Shown: piece after piece, positions 9,223-19,047 of the stretch
How the letters are laid out: each line of letters begins with the position of its first letter
How positions within the stretch are numbered: position 1 is the first letter of the stretch
Assembly: GCA_963821525.1 (NCBI GenBank)
Contig: CAWGED010000004.1
Location: 128,001 to 192,000 of the forward strand
From: an uncultured Gemmatimonadales bacterium
GTDB lineage: Bacteria > Gemmatimonadota > Gemmatimonadetes > Gemmatimonadales > GWC2-71-9
Direction: 5' to 3'
DNA length: 64,000 nt
Notes under the pieces: model-generated
Databases searched by the model: none
The model's input: only the letters and a program-made list of their open reading frames with translations
What the model was told of the DNA's origin: nothing
Program-made: the position numbers and the translations under genes

Positions 9223-10936
9223 ACTCCTTACTGTCGCTGTCAAACACTTCCCGCCCCTCAAAAAACGTCCTCAACACTTTCACCGTGTGAATCTGATTGG
9301 ATGGCACCTCAAACAGGTTCCGGTCCAGCACGATGAAATCCGCCGATTTGCCGACCTCGAGCGAGCCACGCTCCCGCTCCTGATGGTTGGCGAACGCCCC
9401 GTTGATCGTGTAGGCCGCCAGCATCCGCTCCAGGTCTACCCGCTCTTCCGGAATCCAGGATGGGCCTCCGGTCGAGTCCGTGGTATGGCGCGTGATCGCC
9501 ACCTCGATCGCATCGAGGGGATTGAGGGAGCTCACGCTCCAGTCGCTGCCGCCCACCACCACGGCACCGCTGTTCATGACACTGCCGATGGGATAGAGCC
9601 AGCGGGATCGCGCCTTGCCCAGAGCCGGCTCGGTCAGCTCGGTGATGTACTCGTCGGGCTGGGCCCAGAAGGCCTGGAAACTTGCCACCACGCCGAGCTC
9701 GCGGAATCGCGGAATGTCGGTCGAGTCGATCAGCTCGAGGTGCGCGATGATGTGCCGCGCATCGTGAAACCCGTTCTGGTTCGCCGCGTTCTCGAACGCA
9801 TCGAGGGTTTCCCGGATCGCGCCATCGCCGATGGCGTGCACGTGGACCTGAAACCCCGCACGATCCAGGGCCGCGACCAGCGCATTCAGGGAATCGGGCT
9901 GGTAGTTGAGGCTGCCTCGATCGCCCGGCCGGTCGAGATACGGAGCGAGCAACGCTGCGGTCTTCGCTTCGATTACCCCGTCGGCGAAGATCTTCATCGT
10001 CCCGATCTGCAGATGCGGGCTCTCGAGCTGCTCCTTCAGCGTCTGGAGCCGGCGTACTTCGGCATCAGGAGACTCCGCATGGCTCGACACCGCCGCCACG
10101 ATCTCCGCGGTCAGCTCGCCTCGCCGTTCCAGCTCGGCGTACGCCTGCAGGTAATCCGGATCGGCGTTCGCTTCGGACAGTGCCACGATCCCGAGCCTGT
10201 TGGCCTCGGCAATCGCCCGCTTCGCGGCCTCCACCTCCTGGCCCATGGTGTAGCCGGGAAGCACCGCTGTCGCCAAGTCCACCGCGCTTTCCCGCAGCGT
10301 ACCGCTCGGCTCGCCCGTGGCGTCCCGTTCGATCCGGCCCCCCGGCGGGTCTTTGGTGTCCCGCTTGATCCCCGCGACCGCGAGCGCCTTCGAGTTGAGC
10401 CAGGCCGAGTGTCCGTCCGCCGCCCAGAAGAAGGCGGGCCGGTCAGGTACGATCCGGTCGAGCACCGCCTTGTTGGGATTGGCCTCAGGGAAAAGGGGCA
10501 GCTGCCAGCCATTGCCACGAAGCCAGCCGGTATCGGGATGAGCGGCGATGTAGTCCCGAATGATCCGCTCCGCCTCCTCGGGAGTCTTCACATCGTAGAG
10601 ATTGCACTCTCCCAATTCGAGGCCGGCAGCGAGAGGATGAACATGGTTGTCGTGAAAGCCTGGCAAGACCATCCGGCCCGGTAGATCGAGCACCTTGGTG
10701 TGAGGCCCGATAAATGACGCGACGCCACTGTCCGTCCCAACGTAGATCAACCTGCCCTCTCGCACGGCCAGCGCCTCGGCCCAGCTTCGCACCGGGGCGA
10801 CTCGGTAGATCTGCGCTCCCCTCACCACCAGATCGGCGACATTGTGCGGAGGCCAGCGCCGCACCGAACAGGAGATGCCCGTCAGGAGGAGAAAGCCGAG
10901 GACCGCACAGAGCGTGTGGCGGGAGGCAGAGCGCAT
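9221..10936 (-). CDS. Amidohydrolase 3 family (YtcJ-like), secreted or lipoprotein
   Basis: PGFHDNHVH, KIFADG, HVHAIGD, GSDW and GSLEVGKSADF motifs. Confidence 0.9.
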   Translation of the reverse strand: MRSASRHTLCAVLGFLLLTGISCSVRRWPPHNVADLVVRGAQIYRVAPVRSWAEALAVREGRLIYVGTDSGVASFIGPHTKVLDLPGRMVLPGFHDNHVHPLAAGLELGECNLYDVKTPEEAERIIRDYIAAHPDTGWLRGNGWQLPLFPEANPNKAVLDRIVPDRPAFFWAADGHSAWLNSKALAVAGIKRDTKDPPGGRIERDATGEPSGTLRESAVDLATAVLPGYTMGQEVEAAKRAIAEANRLGIVALSEANADPDYLQAYAELERRGELTAEIVAAVSSHAESPDAEVRRLQTLKEQLESPHLQIGTMKIFADGVIEAKTAALLAPYLDRPGDRGSLNYQPDSLNALVAALDRAGFQVHVHAIGDGAIRETLDAFENAANQNGFHDARHIIAHLELIDSTDIPRFRELGVVASFQAFWAQPDEYITELTEPALGKARSRWLYPIGSVMNSGAVVVGGSDWSVSSLNPLDAIEVAITRHTTDSTGGPSWIPEERVDLERMLAAYTINGAFANHQERERGSLEVGKSADFIVLDRNLFEVPSNQIHTVKVLRTFFEGREVFDSDSKE

Positions 10937-11035
10937 TAGTGGTAGTTGTTGTTTTGGATTGACTCGAGTCCTTGAATCGTTGACCCTGTCCCAAGCGGGC
11001 GTCCTCACCGCCGCCTAATTCCTGTCCCCTTCTCT

Positions 11036-11108
11036 CCCCGTTCTCCCGTTCTCCCGTTCTCCCGTTCTCCGTTCACCGTCTCACCCGCTCACCGCTCACC
11101 GTTCACCG
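11036..11108. repeat. Octamer/heptamer array (TTCTCCCG)n grading into (YTCACCG)n
   Basis: Direct reading; overlaps the stop codon of the adjacent minus-strand gene. Confidence 0.8.
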
Positions 11109-12727
11109 CCCATTTCCGAATCCCGCTCACCCACGAATAGGGATCGATCACCACTCCGTCGAGCCGGTGGGAGACCGCAGCCACATTGGTCGGTGCGTAG
11201 AGGAAGAGAGCCGGCGCATCATCGTTGATCCGCTCCATCGCCTCTCGCCAGGCGGTGCGCGCCTCGGGAAGCGAACGAACCGCGAGCGCCCGGGTAAACA
11301 ACGAGTCGAACCCGGTGCTTCGGTAACCCCCGTAATTCAGGACGCCGATCCCGGCAGCGGTCCACTGGTCGGCCAGGCCACGGGGACTCGGTTCGTCGAG
11401 ATAGGCCCCGATATATGCATCGAATTTTCCCTCGGCCAATCGCTTCTGGAACACCGGAAACTCGACGGCTGCGACCGAAACCTGGGCGCCCACTTTTCTC
11501 CATGCTTCCTGCAGAGCCACCGCGGCGTTCTTGCGGGTGACGCTCGTCGCCGGTACCAGGATTTCGAAGCGCAAGAGGCCGGCCCGCCTTGCGACGGCTC
11601 CCGTCGGCTCCACGCACCCACCCTGCCGAGTCGAGCTCCCGTCCCGCGGCGGCGGTGTCGAACGGAAGCGCCCGGATTCCGTCGTCCCAGATCCAGAGGA
11701 GTTGGGACATCGGCCCCGGTGGGGCCTTGCTGTCCGGACCGAAGATCGCCTTGGCGATGGCACTTCGATCCACCGCCATGTTGAGCGCCCGCCGAACCGC
11801 CCGGTCTTCGAGAACTTCGCCACCTGTTGCCGAGCCGCCGGGCCGCCGAGCCGCCGAGACGCGATACCCCACAAACCCATAGGCCGCCGACGGGTACCGT
11901 ACCGCCGAGAGCGACGTGTCTCCCTCGACCCGCGCAACCCGGTCGGGAGAGCCCACCGTCTCCATCAAGTCGGCTTCGTGACTCAACACTGCGTTCAGCG
12001 CGGCATCCGGGTCCGGGGCGAATCGCCAAACCAAACGCCGGATGGCGGGGAGAGGGGTCTGAGTGGAGTCGGCCTCGAGCGTGAGCGACTGTCCGTGCTC
12101 CCACCGGGCGATGCGATACGGTCCGCTCCCGACCAGGTGAACAAGACTACTGTCGTTGATCCACTCAGAGCGTTGAATCTCGGCCCAGATGTGCGCCGGA
12201 ATGATGCGAACGTGCCAGGTCGCGTCCAGCAGCTGCTCCGGATAGCTCCGGCTGAACCGGACCAGCACCGTGGAGCTGTCGGGGGCTTCGGCATGGAGCG
12301 ATCCGCGAATCTGCTCGCCCGCAGCGGTCTCCAGTGTCGAATCGGCGTAGGCATCGAACGAAAACACCACGTCGTTCGCGGTCACCGGCCGGCCGTCATG
12401 CCAGCGCGCCTCTGGGCGGAGGTGAAACCGCAAGGTCAGCGAGTCTACCCGCTCCCAGCTTTTCGCCAAGCGCGGCTCGTATCCCATCGAGTCGAGCGGC
12501 GCCTTGCCCGGCTTGAGGTCCGCCAGCCGCTCGAAGACCTGATCGCTGATGTCCCGCCCGACCGTTTCACCGACCAGCGGAGGCAGAAGAGCCGAAGGCT
12601 CGCCGGTCGCGGCGATGACGACGGTATCACAATTGACGCATGGCGCCTTCTCCCGGCAGGCGCCGAGGAGAATCCCCAAGACGCCAAGGAAAATCTCCGA
12701 GCCGCCGAGGCAGCGACTCAACCTCAC
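11089..12727 (-). CDS. Peptide/nickel ABC transporter substrate-binding lipoprotein, family 5 (frameshift near 11580)
   Basis: LGAC lipobox, PRLAKSW, WHDGRPVTANDVVFS, GSGPY, VRRAL..AVDR; C-terminus in ORF 11089-11937. Confidence 0.85.
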
Positions 12728-13263
12728 TTCGCCTCGCTCAGATACTTGGCTTTGATGACGTTGAGGTGATGCCGCTCGTGTCCCAGGATGATGAAGGCGA
12801 GGGCGCGAACCGAGATCGGCTTCCCGCTCGCCGTCCCAGTCAGTGCCAGCGTCTCGGCATCCATGCTCCGAAACAGGGTGATGGTCCCCGACCGCACGGA
12901 AGCCAGCTCGGCGCCGACGTCAGCCAACGTCCGGCCGTCGAATCCGGCCACGGCGGCATAGTCATTCTCGTCGAAGGACGCCAGCGGCGTCTTGTCATGC
13001 CGGGCGATCCGCAGGGCGCGATAGGCAAAGATCCGCTCGCTGTCGGCGATGTGTCCGATGACGTCACGGATGCTCCACTTTCCCGGCGCATATCGAAACC
13101 CGGCGCGGGACTCCGGAATCGTGGCGAGGAGTGCCGAGGTTGACTTGGCCTGCGCCTCCAGTTGGCGCATCACATCCTCCCGCGCCACGGGGTCGATGTA
13201 GGCGGCGTAATGCGGGTCGTACTCGGTCGGCGCGGGGGATTGGATCATCGTAGAGGTGGTCAT
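12724..13263 (-). CDS. DinB family protein
   Basis: YAPGKWSIRDVIGHIADSERIFAYRALRIAR, GHERHH. Confidence 0.9.
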   Translation of the reverse strand: MTTSTMIQSPAPTEYDPHYAAYIDPVAREDVMRQLEAQAKSTSALLATIPESRAGFRYAPGKWSIRDVIGHIADSERIFAYRALRIARHDKTPLASFDENDYAAVAGFDGRTLADVGAELASVRSGTITLFRSMDAETLALTGTASGKPISVRALAFIILGHERHHLNVIKAKYLSEAK

Positions 13264-13376
13264 CGGTTCGCTCCCGGAAAAGTGCAGCACGCAAGCTAGC
13301 TGAGGCTATCGGTTCTGGCACGTCCCGACAGCCGGCGCTATAGCCGGACGAGAAGGCGCCAGTACATTTCCCGCCC

Positions 13377-14252
13377 ATGTCCCGCAGCTTTGCCCGCGGC
13401 ATTCAGTCCGCCCAGCTCGGCCTACTGGTCAACACCGTCCTCGCGGTGACCAAGCTGGTCGCCGGCATCGTGGGCAACGCGTACGTCCTGATCGCCGATG
13501 CGGTCGAGTCCACCGCCGACATCTTCTCCTCGTTGGTCGTCGTGAAAGGGCTCAGAATCGCCGGGCGCGAGGCCGACGAGGAGTATCCCTTCGGTTATGG
13601 TAAGGCGGAATCTCTGGCCGCGGCGGTCGTTTCAATGCTGCTGATCGGTGCCGCCATCGGGATTGCGGTGGAGGCCGTCCGGGAGATTTTGACTCCCCAT
13701 CACACCCCGGCGCCCTTCACCCTCGCTGTTCTTGTCGGAGTCATCATCATCAAGGAGATCCTCTTCCGCCGGGTGAGCCGGGTCGGAGAGGAAGTCGCCA
13801 GTACCGCCGTCGCCGCCGACGCCTGGCATCACCGGAGCGATGCCCTCACCTCGCTGGCAGCGTTTATAGGTATCAGTGTAGCTCTGATCGGCGGGCCCGG
13901 TTGGGAAGCCGCCGACGACTGGGCCGCTCTCGCGGCCTCAGCGGTCATTCTCTTCAATGGCATCCGGCTGCTCCGTCCCGCCGTGAACGATCTCATGGAT
14001 CGCAGCCCCGGCGGAGAGCTGCTCGCGCGGATCAGCGCCGCGGCCACCGGCACCTCGGATGTCCGCGCCATCGAAAAACTGAAGGTCCGCAAAGCAGGCC
14101 TGGGATACTACGTGGACCTTCATGTGCAAACCGACCCTGCCATGCCGCTGCACGACGCTCACATCCTGAGCGGCCGGGTGAAGACCGCGATTCGAGAAGC
14201 GGTGCCGGAGGTGCTCGGTGTATTGATTCATATGGAACCCCACCAAGGGTAG
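13377..14252 (+). CDS. Cation diffusion facilitator transporter (FieF-like)
   Basis: LIADAVES..D, YPFGYGKAE, ADAWHHRSD, IHMEP. Confidence 0.9.
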   Translation: MSRSFARGIQSAQLGLLVNTVLAVTKLVAGIVGNAYVLIADAVESTADIFSSLVVVKGLRIAGREADEEYPFGYGKAESLAAAVVSMLLIGAAIGIAVEAVREILTPHHTPAPFTLAVLVGVIIIKEILFRRVSRVGEEVASTAVAADAWHHRSDALTSLAAFIGISVALIGGPGWEAADDWAALAASAVILFNGIRLLRPAVNDLMDRSPGGELLARISAAATGTSDVRAIEKLKVRKAGLGYYVDLHVQTDPAMPLHDAHILSGRVKTAIREAVPEVLGVLIHMEPHQG

Positions 14253-14282
14253 TCGCGGCCGTTGTCTTATTCGGCCCCTCCC

Positions 14283-14378
14283 TGTAACATTTCGTTGCAG
14301 CCAGATCGTTTCGATTAAGCATAAATGCTTGACGGTGTGTTGTAATACCTTGTCATATAAGAAGTTATAAACACCGTC
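14283..14378. promoter_or_regulatory. Candidate enhancer palindromes and IHF-like AT-rich element
   Basis: TGTAAC-N5-GTTGCA (14283-99), AAGCAT-AA-ATGCTT (14317-30), and GACGGTGT...ACACCGTC flanking TAAtaccTTG. Confidence 0.5.
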
Positions 14379-14382
14379 TCCA

Positions 14383-14398
14383 GGGCACCCCGATTGCC
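14383..14398 (+). promoter_or_regulatory. sigma54 (-24/-12) promoter
   Basis: GGGCACcccgaTTGCC, with GG-N10-GC spacing exact, upstream of an operon encoding a sigma54 activator. Confidence 0.75.
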
Positions 14399-14448
14399 AT
14401 CCCTACAGGCGACCACTCGCTCGATCGACCTGTAATGGGAGCTATCCA

Positions 14449-15282
14449 ATGTCCAGCAGATCCATCTCTGCCCTTGCCGTCCTTACCGCCGCGGGGATGC
14501 TCGCCTGTAGTGAAGGGACGGGCCCAGGCAATAAACCGCAGATCAGCTTCAACGTCGCCACCTCATCGGGGCCGGCCGCGAATCTCCAATCGGTCTCCGA
14601 TACTGTGGTTGGGGGCGCCAATACTCTCGTCCTTGATCAGGTCGAGCTGGTGCTCCGCGACATCCGTTTCAAGAGACTCAACGACGATGTGTGCGAAGGT
14701 GACAGTGATCAGAGCGGGGACATCGCGGTCCGTCCCATGTCTCACGACGATGGCGGGAACGGCGATGATGGCAATGAGGACGCCTGCGAGACCGTCAACG
14801 CAGGTCCGTTCCTTCTCGATCTCCCGCTCGGATCCGGAGTCGAGCAGGTCTTCAGCGTCGCGGTGGACACCGGCACCTTCGATGAGCTACGGATCAGACT
14901 GCACAAGCCCGAAGACAACGGGCTCGATCCGGCCGACGCCGCCTTCCTGGCCGCGCACCCCGATTTTGCCGGCATTAGCATCCGTGCGACCGGCACCTGG
15001 AATGGAAATCCCTTCACCTTTACCAGCGATCTCGACGCCGACCAGGAAATGCGGCTGGATCCGCCGCTCGTCGTGACCGACGCTGGTGCCAATGTGGACG
15101 TCACACTGAAGGTGGACGTGACGACCTGGTTCGCAGATGGGGCCGGCGGGCTGGTCGATCCCACGACCGCGGGCCAGGGTGGACAGAACGAAAACCTGGT
15201 GCGCGACAACATTCAGCACTCCTTCGATGCCTTCCAGGACGAGGATCACGACGGTCAAGACGACGGGGGGAGCCACGACTGA
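14449..15282 (+). CDS. Acidic lipoprotein of unknown function (possibly DUF4382-like)
   Basis: GGGAG RBS, lipobox MLAC, beta-rich body, C-terminal DEDHDG. Confidence 0.75.
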   Translation: MSSRSISALAVLTAAGMLACSEGTGPGNKPQISFNVATSSGPAANLQSVSDTVVGGANTLVLDQVELVLRDIRFKRLNDDVCEGDSDQSGDIAVRPMSHDDGGNGDDGNEDACETVNAGPFLLDLPLGSGVEQVFSVAVDTGTFDELRIRLHKPEDNGLDPADAAFLAAHPDFAGISIRATGTWNGNPFTFTSDLDADQEMRLDPPLVVTDAGANVDVTLKVDVTTWFADGAGGLVDPTTAGQGGQNENLVRDNIQHSFDAFQDEDHDGQDDGGSHD

Positions 15283-16619
15283 CCCAGCCTGACTGGTGGT
15301 TAGCTGCGGTACGGCTTTCCGACAGCTTTCGCACCACGATCGGTGATCTGGCCGGTGACCTTGGTGCCGAGCTCCTCGAGTGGAGCCGGGACGGGGCCAC
15401 CGGCCTGCCGCCGCAGGCGTCGGCAGGGCTGGTCCTGGCTGGAGGAGTGGAAAACGACGCGTTGGATTGGCTGGCCACGCTGAGTCCCTTGCCGATCCCG
15501 TTCTACGTGATCGGTGCATCGGGGGATCATCGAATCGCGGTCGCAGCACTGCAGCGCGGGGCCCGGGATTATTTCGCACTGCCGGACGATCTGGGCCTGC
15601 TGCGGCGTTCGCTGGAACGGGAACGAACCGAATCGAGAGGACGACGCGCCGCCGATCGCTTCGCGGAGGACGAACGGGAGTCATCAGGATTCGGCGCCAT
15701 CATCGGGCGCAGTCCCGCACTCCGGCAGATCATCGAACAGGCCCGGCGGGTGGCGCAGCATCGAGACGTTACGGTGTTGATCGGTGGAGAAACCGGCACC
15801 GGAAAGGAGCTGCTGGCCCGGGCGTTGCACTATCACAGCCCGCGAGCCGCGGCTCCCTTTGTCGAAATCAATTGCGCGGCGATTCCCGCAAACCTGCTGG
15901 AGAGCGAGCTCTTCGGCCACGAGCGGGGCGCCTTCACCGGAGCAGTCGCAGCCAAGCCGGGTCTGCTCGAGCTGGCCCACGGGGGCACGGTCTTCCTGGA
16001 CGAGATCGGAGCCCTGCCGCTCGAGCTGCAGCCCAAGTTGCTGAGGGCGCTCGAGACCCGTGAGATCCGCCGGGTGGGAGGCCAAAGCTCGCGTAAGGTT
16101 GATGTCCGGATCATCGGGGCGAGCCACGTGGATCTCCCCGCGGCGGTCGCCCGCGGCGAGTTCCGCGAGGACCTCTTCTACCGGCTCAACGTGGTGGCCC
16201 TGCTGCTTCCGCCGCTGCGAGCGAGAGAAGGTGACGTCGAGCTGCTCGCCGAGATGTTTATTACCCGGCTCGCGGCGCAATACGCGCTCCCGCCGGCACC
16301 GCTCGACCTGGAGACTCGGAGCCGGCTCCGGGCGCACCCCTGGCCCGGCAACGTAAGAGAGCTGCGCAACGTGATCGAGCGGGCCCTGGTGCTTTCGACT
16401 CCCGGTCGTCTGGAGCTGGAGGACCTGGGGGCGAGCCGGATAATTCCCGAGTCCGGAGGAGAGCTGCCGTTTCCGGCTCCGCTCCGCACGATTACTCAGG
16501 CGGCCGTCGAGCGGATGCTGCGGCTGGCGCATGGAAACAAGAGCGAGGCGGCGCGACGCCTGGGGATTTCCCGGCCCCGTCTGCAACGCATCATCGATGG
16601 TCTGGGCGAGGACGAATGA
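15279..16619 (+). CDS. sigma54-dependent transcriptional activator (degenerate REC - AAA+ - Fis HTH)
   Basis: GETGTGKE, ESELFGHERGAFTGA, FLDEIG, WPGNVREL, NKSEAARRLGISR; frame open back to CTG 15279 (the track starts it at 15447). Confidence 0.9.
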   Translation: MTQPDWWLAAVRLSDSFRTTIGDLAGDLGAELLEWSRDGATGLPPQASAGLVLAGGVENDALDWLATLSPLPIPFYVIGASGDHRIAVAALQRGARDYFALPDDLGLLRRSLERERTESRGRRAADRFAEDERESSGFGAIIGRSPALRQIIEQARRVAQHRDVTVLIGGETGTGKELLARALHYHSPRAAAPFVEINCAAIPANLLESELFGHERGAFTGAVAAKPGLLELAHGGTVFLDEIGALPLELQPKLLRALETREIRRVGGQSSRKVDVRIIGASHVDLPAAVARGEFREDLFYRLNVVALLLPPLRAREGDVELLAEMFITRLAAQYALPPAPLDLETRSRLRAHPWPGNVRELRNVIERALVLSTPGRLELEDLGASRIIPESGGELPFPAPLRTITQAAVERMLRLAHGNKSEAARRLGISRPRLQRIIDGLGEDE

Positions 16620-16654
16620 GCCAGCTCAGTCCGAACCCATAAAGGGGACGAAGC

Positions 16655-17284
16655 ATGAAACCGATTGCCTATCTGTCGCCGACGATGGCCGCTGCTCTCC
16701 TGATCGGGTGCAGCAGTTCCACCGACAGCGGGGGCAGCACCACCAAGCCACCCTCGGAACTGAACTTTCTCACGCTGGCGCCCACCGCCCCCGCGCTGTG
16801 CAGCAACAGCGTGACCTTCGACGCCACCAAAGGCGTCGACGTGGAGGCGGCACTCCAGTTTCCGGAGCCCGGTGAGCCCGCCGACTGTTCGGGGGGAACC
16901 GAAGACTTCGTCCGCCTCCGCATCGACAAAGAGAGCTTGCTCGAGCTGCCCGACGGCACGCCGCTCAACGACGGTGACGTAGTCACCATCACCATGACCT
17001 GGGTCGGCGGAGACAGCATCATGGTCCAGCTCGAACCGACCGGGCTCAAGTTCAACCCGGCAAAGCCGGCCGAGCTCAGGATCGAGTACGGCGAAGCCAG
17101 TGACGACCTGAATCACAACGGCACGGTGGACTCCGAGGACACGGCAATCGAGCAGGAACTCGCGCTCTGGCGCCAGGCCACTCTGGCCGATCCGTTCGTC
17201 CTCATCGGCTCCATCAAGCTGGAAGATACGAACGAGTTCGAGGCCGAGTTGAACGGCTTCAGCCGGTACGCCATCGCGTACTGA
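16655..17284 (+). CDS. Lipoprotein of unknown function with EF-hand-like loop
   Basis: Lipobox LIGC; LEPTGLKF..PAELRI.Y; DLNHNGTVDSED; ends GFSRYAIAY. Confidence 0.75.
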   Translation: MKPIAYLSPTMAAALLIGCSSSTDSGGSTTKPPSELNFLTLAPTAPALCSNSVTFDATKGVDVEAALQFPEPGEPADCSGGTEDFVRLRIDKESLLELPDGTPLNDGDVVTITMTWVGGDSIMVQLEPTGLKFNPAKPAELRIEYGEASDDLNHNGTVDSEDTAIEQELALWRQATLADPFVLIGSIKLEDTNEFEAELNGFSRYAIAY

Positions 17285-17306
17285 TGAACCGAAACCAGGA
17301 TCATTG

Positions 17307-18293
17307 ATGCCCGGCCCGGCCGAAACTTCCGATCCCACCCGCCAGCTCCGCGAGATGGTGGAAACGGGACGTTTCCGCGAAGCCCTGCAGGAGCATCAGG
17401 CCATGCGGGACCCGGCAATCCGCCATCGTCCCGAGGCCGAATTGCTCGCGGCGACCGCCGCGACCAGGCTCGGCGAATTCGCCGAGGGTGTGGCATTGGC
17501 TGAATCTGCCTTCCAGAGGTTCCGCTCCAGGGCCGACACCGATGGCCGCATGCGCGCGATGAATCTGCTGGGCGCCATCGCCTTCGAGCAGGGCCGCCTG
17601 GAAGAGGCCACCCGGGCATTCAGCGAAGTGCTCGAACTGGCCCGGCAGCTCGACGATACCCTGATGGCCGCCCACGCCTCCAACAATCTCGCTTCCGTCG
17701 CGCACTTGAGGGGGGAGCCGGAGACCTCGCTCAGTCTGTACCGTGTGGCTCTGCTCGGCTACCAACGCCTGGGCGACCGGCGCGGCACCGCGCAGACCTA
17801 CCACAATCTTGGTCTCTCCTTCAGGCAGAGCGCGGACTGGCTCGACGCGGAGAGCGCCGCTTTGCAGGCCGTCCGGCACGCGACTCAGGTGGGGGAGGGC
17901 TCCTTGATCGCGCTCGCAGTCTCGGGCCGCGCCGAGACTCATCTGGAGCGCGGCGAGCTCGAGCTGGCGGCCCGCGAGCTGGAGCGCGCGACGGCCCTCG
18001 CGAATCAGGCCGGGGACGAAATCGGGCTGCTCGAGATCAGCCGCCTCAATGCCATGCTCGCCCTCGCCTCGGGGAATGCCTCCTCCGCCTTCGAGCTCGC
18101 CGAGGCCGCCCGGAGGAAGGCCGAGTCGCTTCAGAGCTTGCAGCTCGAGGGTGAATGCACAGCAGTGGCGGCGCTGGCTTGCCGGCAGCTGGGGAGGGAG
18201 AGCGACGCGGTCGTTCGACGAGAATACGCCTTGGCCATCTTCGGCCGTCTGGGCGCCAAGTGGCATGCGCAGGAGTTGGAGCGTCGCTGGTAG
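17307..18293 (+). CDS. Tetratricopeptide-repeat protein (MalT-like TPR)
   Basis: Repeated A.N.LG..A...G...EA helical pattern. Confidence 0.8.
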   Translation: MPGPAETSDPTRQLREMVETGRFREALQEHQAMRDPAIRHRPEAELLAATAATRLGEFAEGVALAESAFQRFRSRADTDGRMRAMNLLGAIAFEQGRLEEATRAFSEVLELARQLDDTLMAAHASNNLASVAHLRGEPETSLSLYRVALLGYQRLGDRRGTAQTYHNLGLSFRQSADWLDAESAALQAVRHATQVGEGSLIALAVSGRAETHLERGELELAARELERATALANQAGDEIGLLEISRLNAMLALASGNASSAFELAEAARRKAESLQSLQLEGECTAVAALACRQLGRESDAVVRREYALAIFGRLGAKWHAQELERRW

Positions 18294-18408
18294 CCAGAAC
18301 TCGATTTCAGGGTCGTGCTCGCGTCTTCGCGATGACGATCCGTCGCGAATCGCGCCGATATTTGAAAGGGGGGGCCCCCACGGACTACTCCCAGAGCGCC
18401 GCGATCGA

Positions 18409-19047
18409 TCAGTCCTTCCAGATGTACATCATCAGATACCCCACCGTCGCCACCCCGATCGAAGCCATCGCGAATTTCTTGTGGTCGGTCCAGCCGCCCC
18501 GTTGTCCCTCGGCGATGCGCTGGTCGATGTCTTCGATGCTGGGTGCGATCGCCGCCGAGTAGGCGAAGCCCGCGTCGGCGAGCAGCATCAGGGCGCCGTG
18601 CACCGTACGCCGGGTCTTGCCTGCAGGATCTCCCTTCGACTCCGCGAGATTCCACACTCCCGTCACGGTGTTCACCAGAAAGACCCCGCCCAGCATCATC
18701 GAAACGGGCCGGTGGATGTCCTGCGCCCATGAAGGCGCTTCGCTGCCCTTGTGAAGGATGGATTCGCCGCTCAGGTACTGGGCCAGCAGGAGCGGGCCCG
18801 TCGCGTAACTGGTGAACTTGTGGATGTCGGCCCGCACCTCGTAGCCGTGACTGTAGTCGATTGATTTCGGCCGTTTTTTTGCCGAATCGGGAAGGACGAT
18901 CAGAATCGACTGCCCCGCGCTGGCGGCCTGAGTCGCCCAGACGTGCGGAGGAGGCAGCTTCACGGTAGAGTCGGCGGCCGGAGTGGAGTCCCGCGCCGGT
19001 ACCAGCGCGACCAGCGCCTGGGCGAGCAGGCCGAGCGGCAGACTCAT
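18409..19047 (-). CDS. Membrane protein with four His-bearing hydrophobic segments
   Basis: Signal-like N-terminus; IHK, IHR, VHG and DHK each precede a hydrophobic helix. Confidence 0.7.
   Translation of the reverse strand: MSLPLGLLAQALVALVPARDSTPAADSTVKLPPPHVWATQAASAGQSILIVLPDSAKKRPKSIDYSHGYEVRADIHKFTSYATGPLLLAQYLSGESILHKGSEAPSWAQDIHRPVSMMLGGVFLVNTVTGVWNLAESKGDPAGKTRRTVHGALMLLADAGFAYSAAIAPSIEDIDQRIAEGQRGGWTDHKKFAMASIGVATVGYLMMYIWKD

Noticed and set aside
9287..10684. Long antisense or alternate-frame ORFs (also 11531-12769, 30515-31669, 29036-29923 and others)
   Set aside because: These are shadow ORFs of real GC-rich genes, with no recognisable motifs.
13316..13335. TGGCACG as a sigma54 promoter upstream of the CDF gene
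   Set aside because: There is no GC at the -12 position; a TACATT -10 box explains the promoter better.
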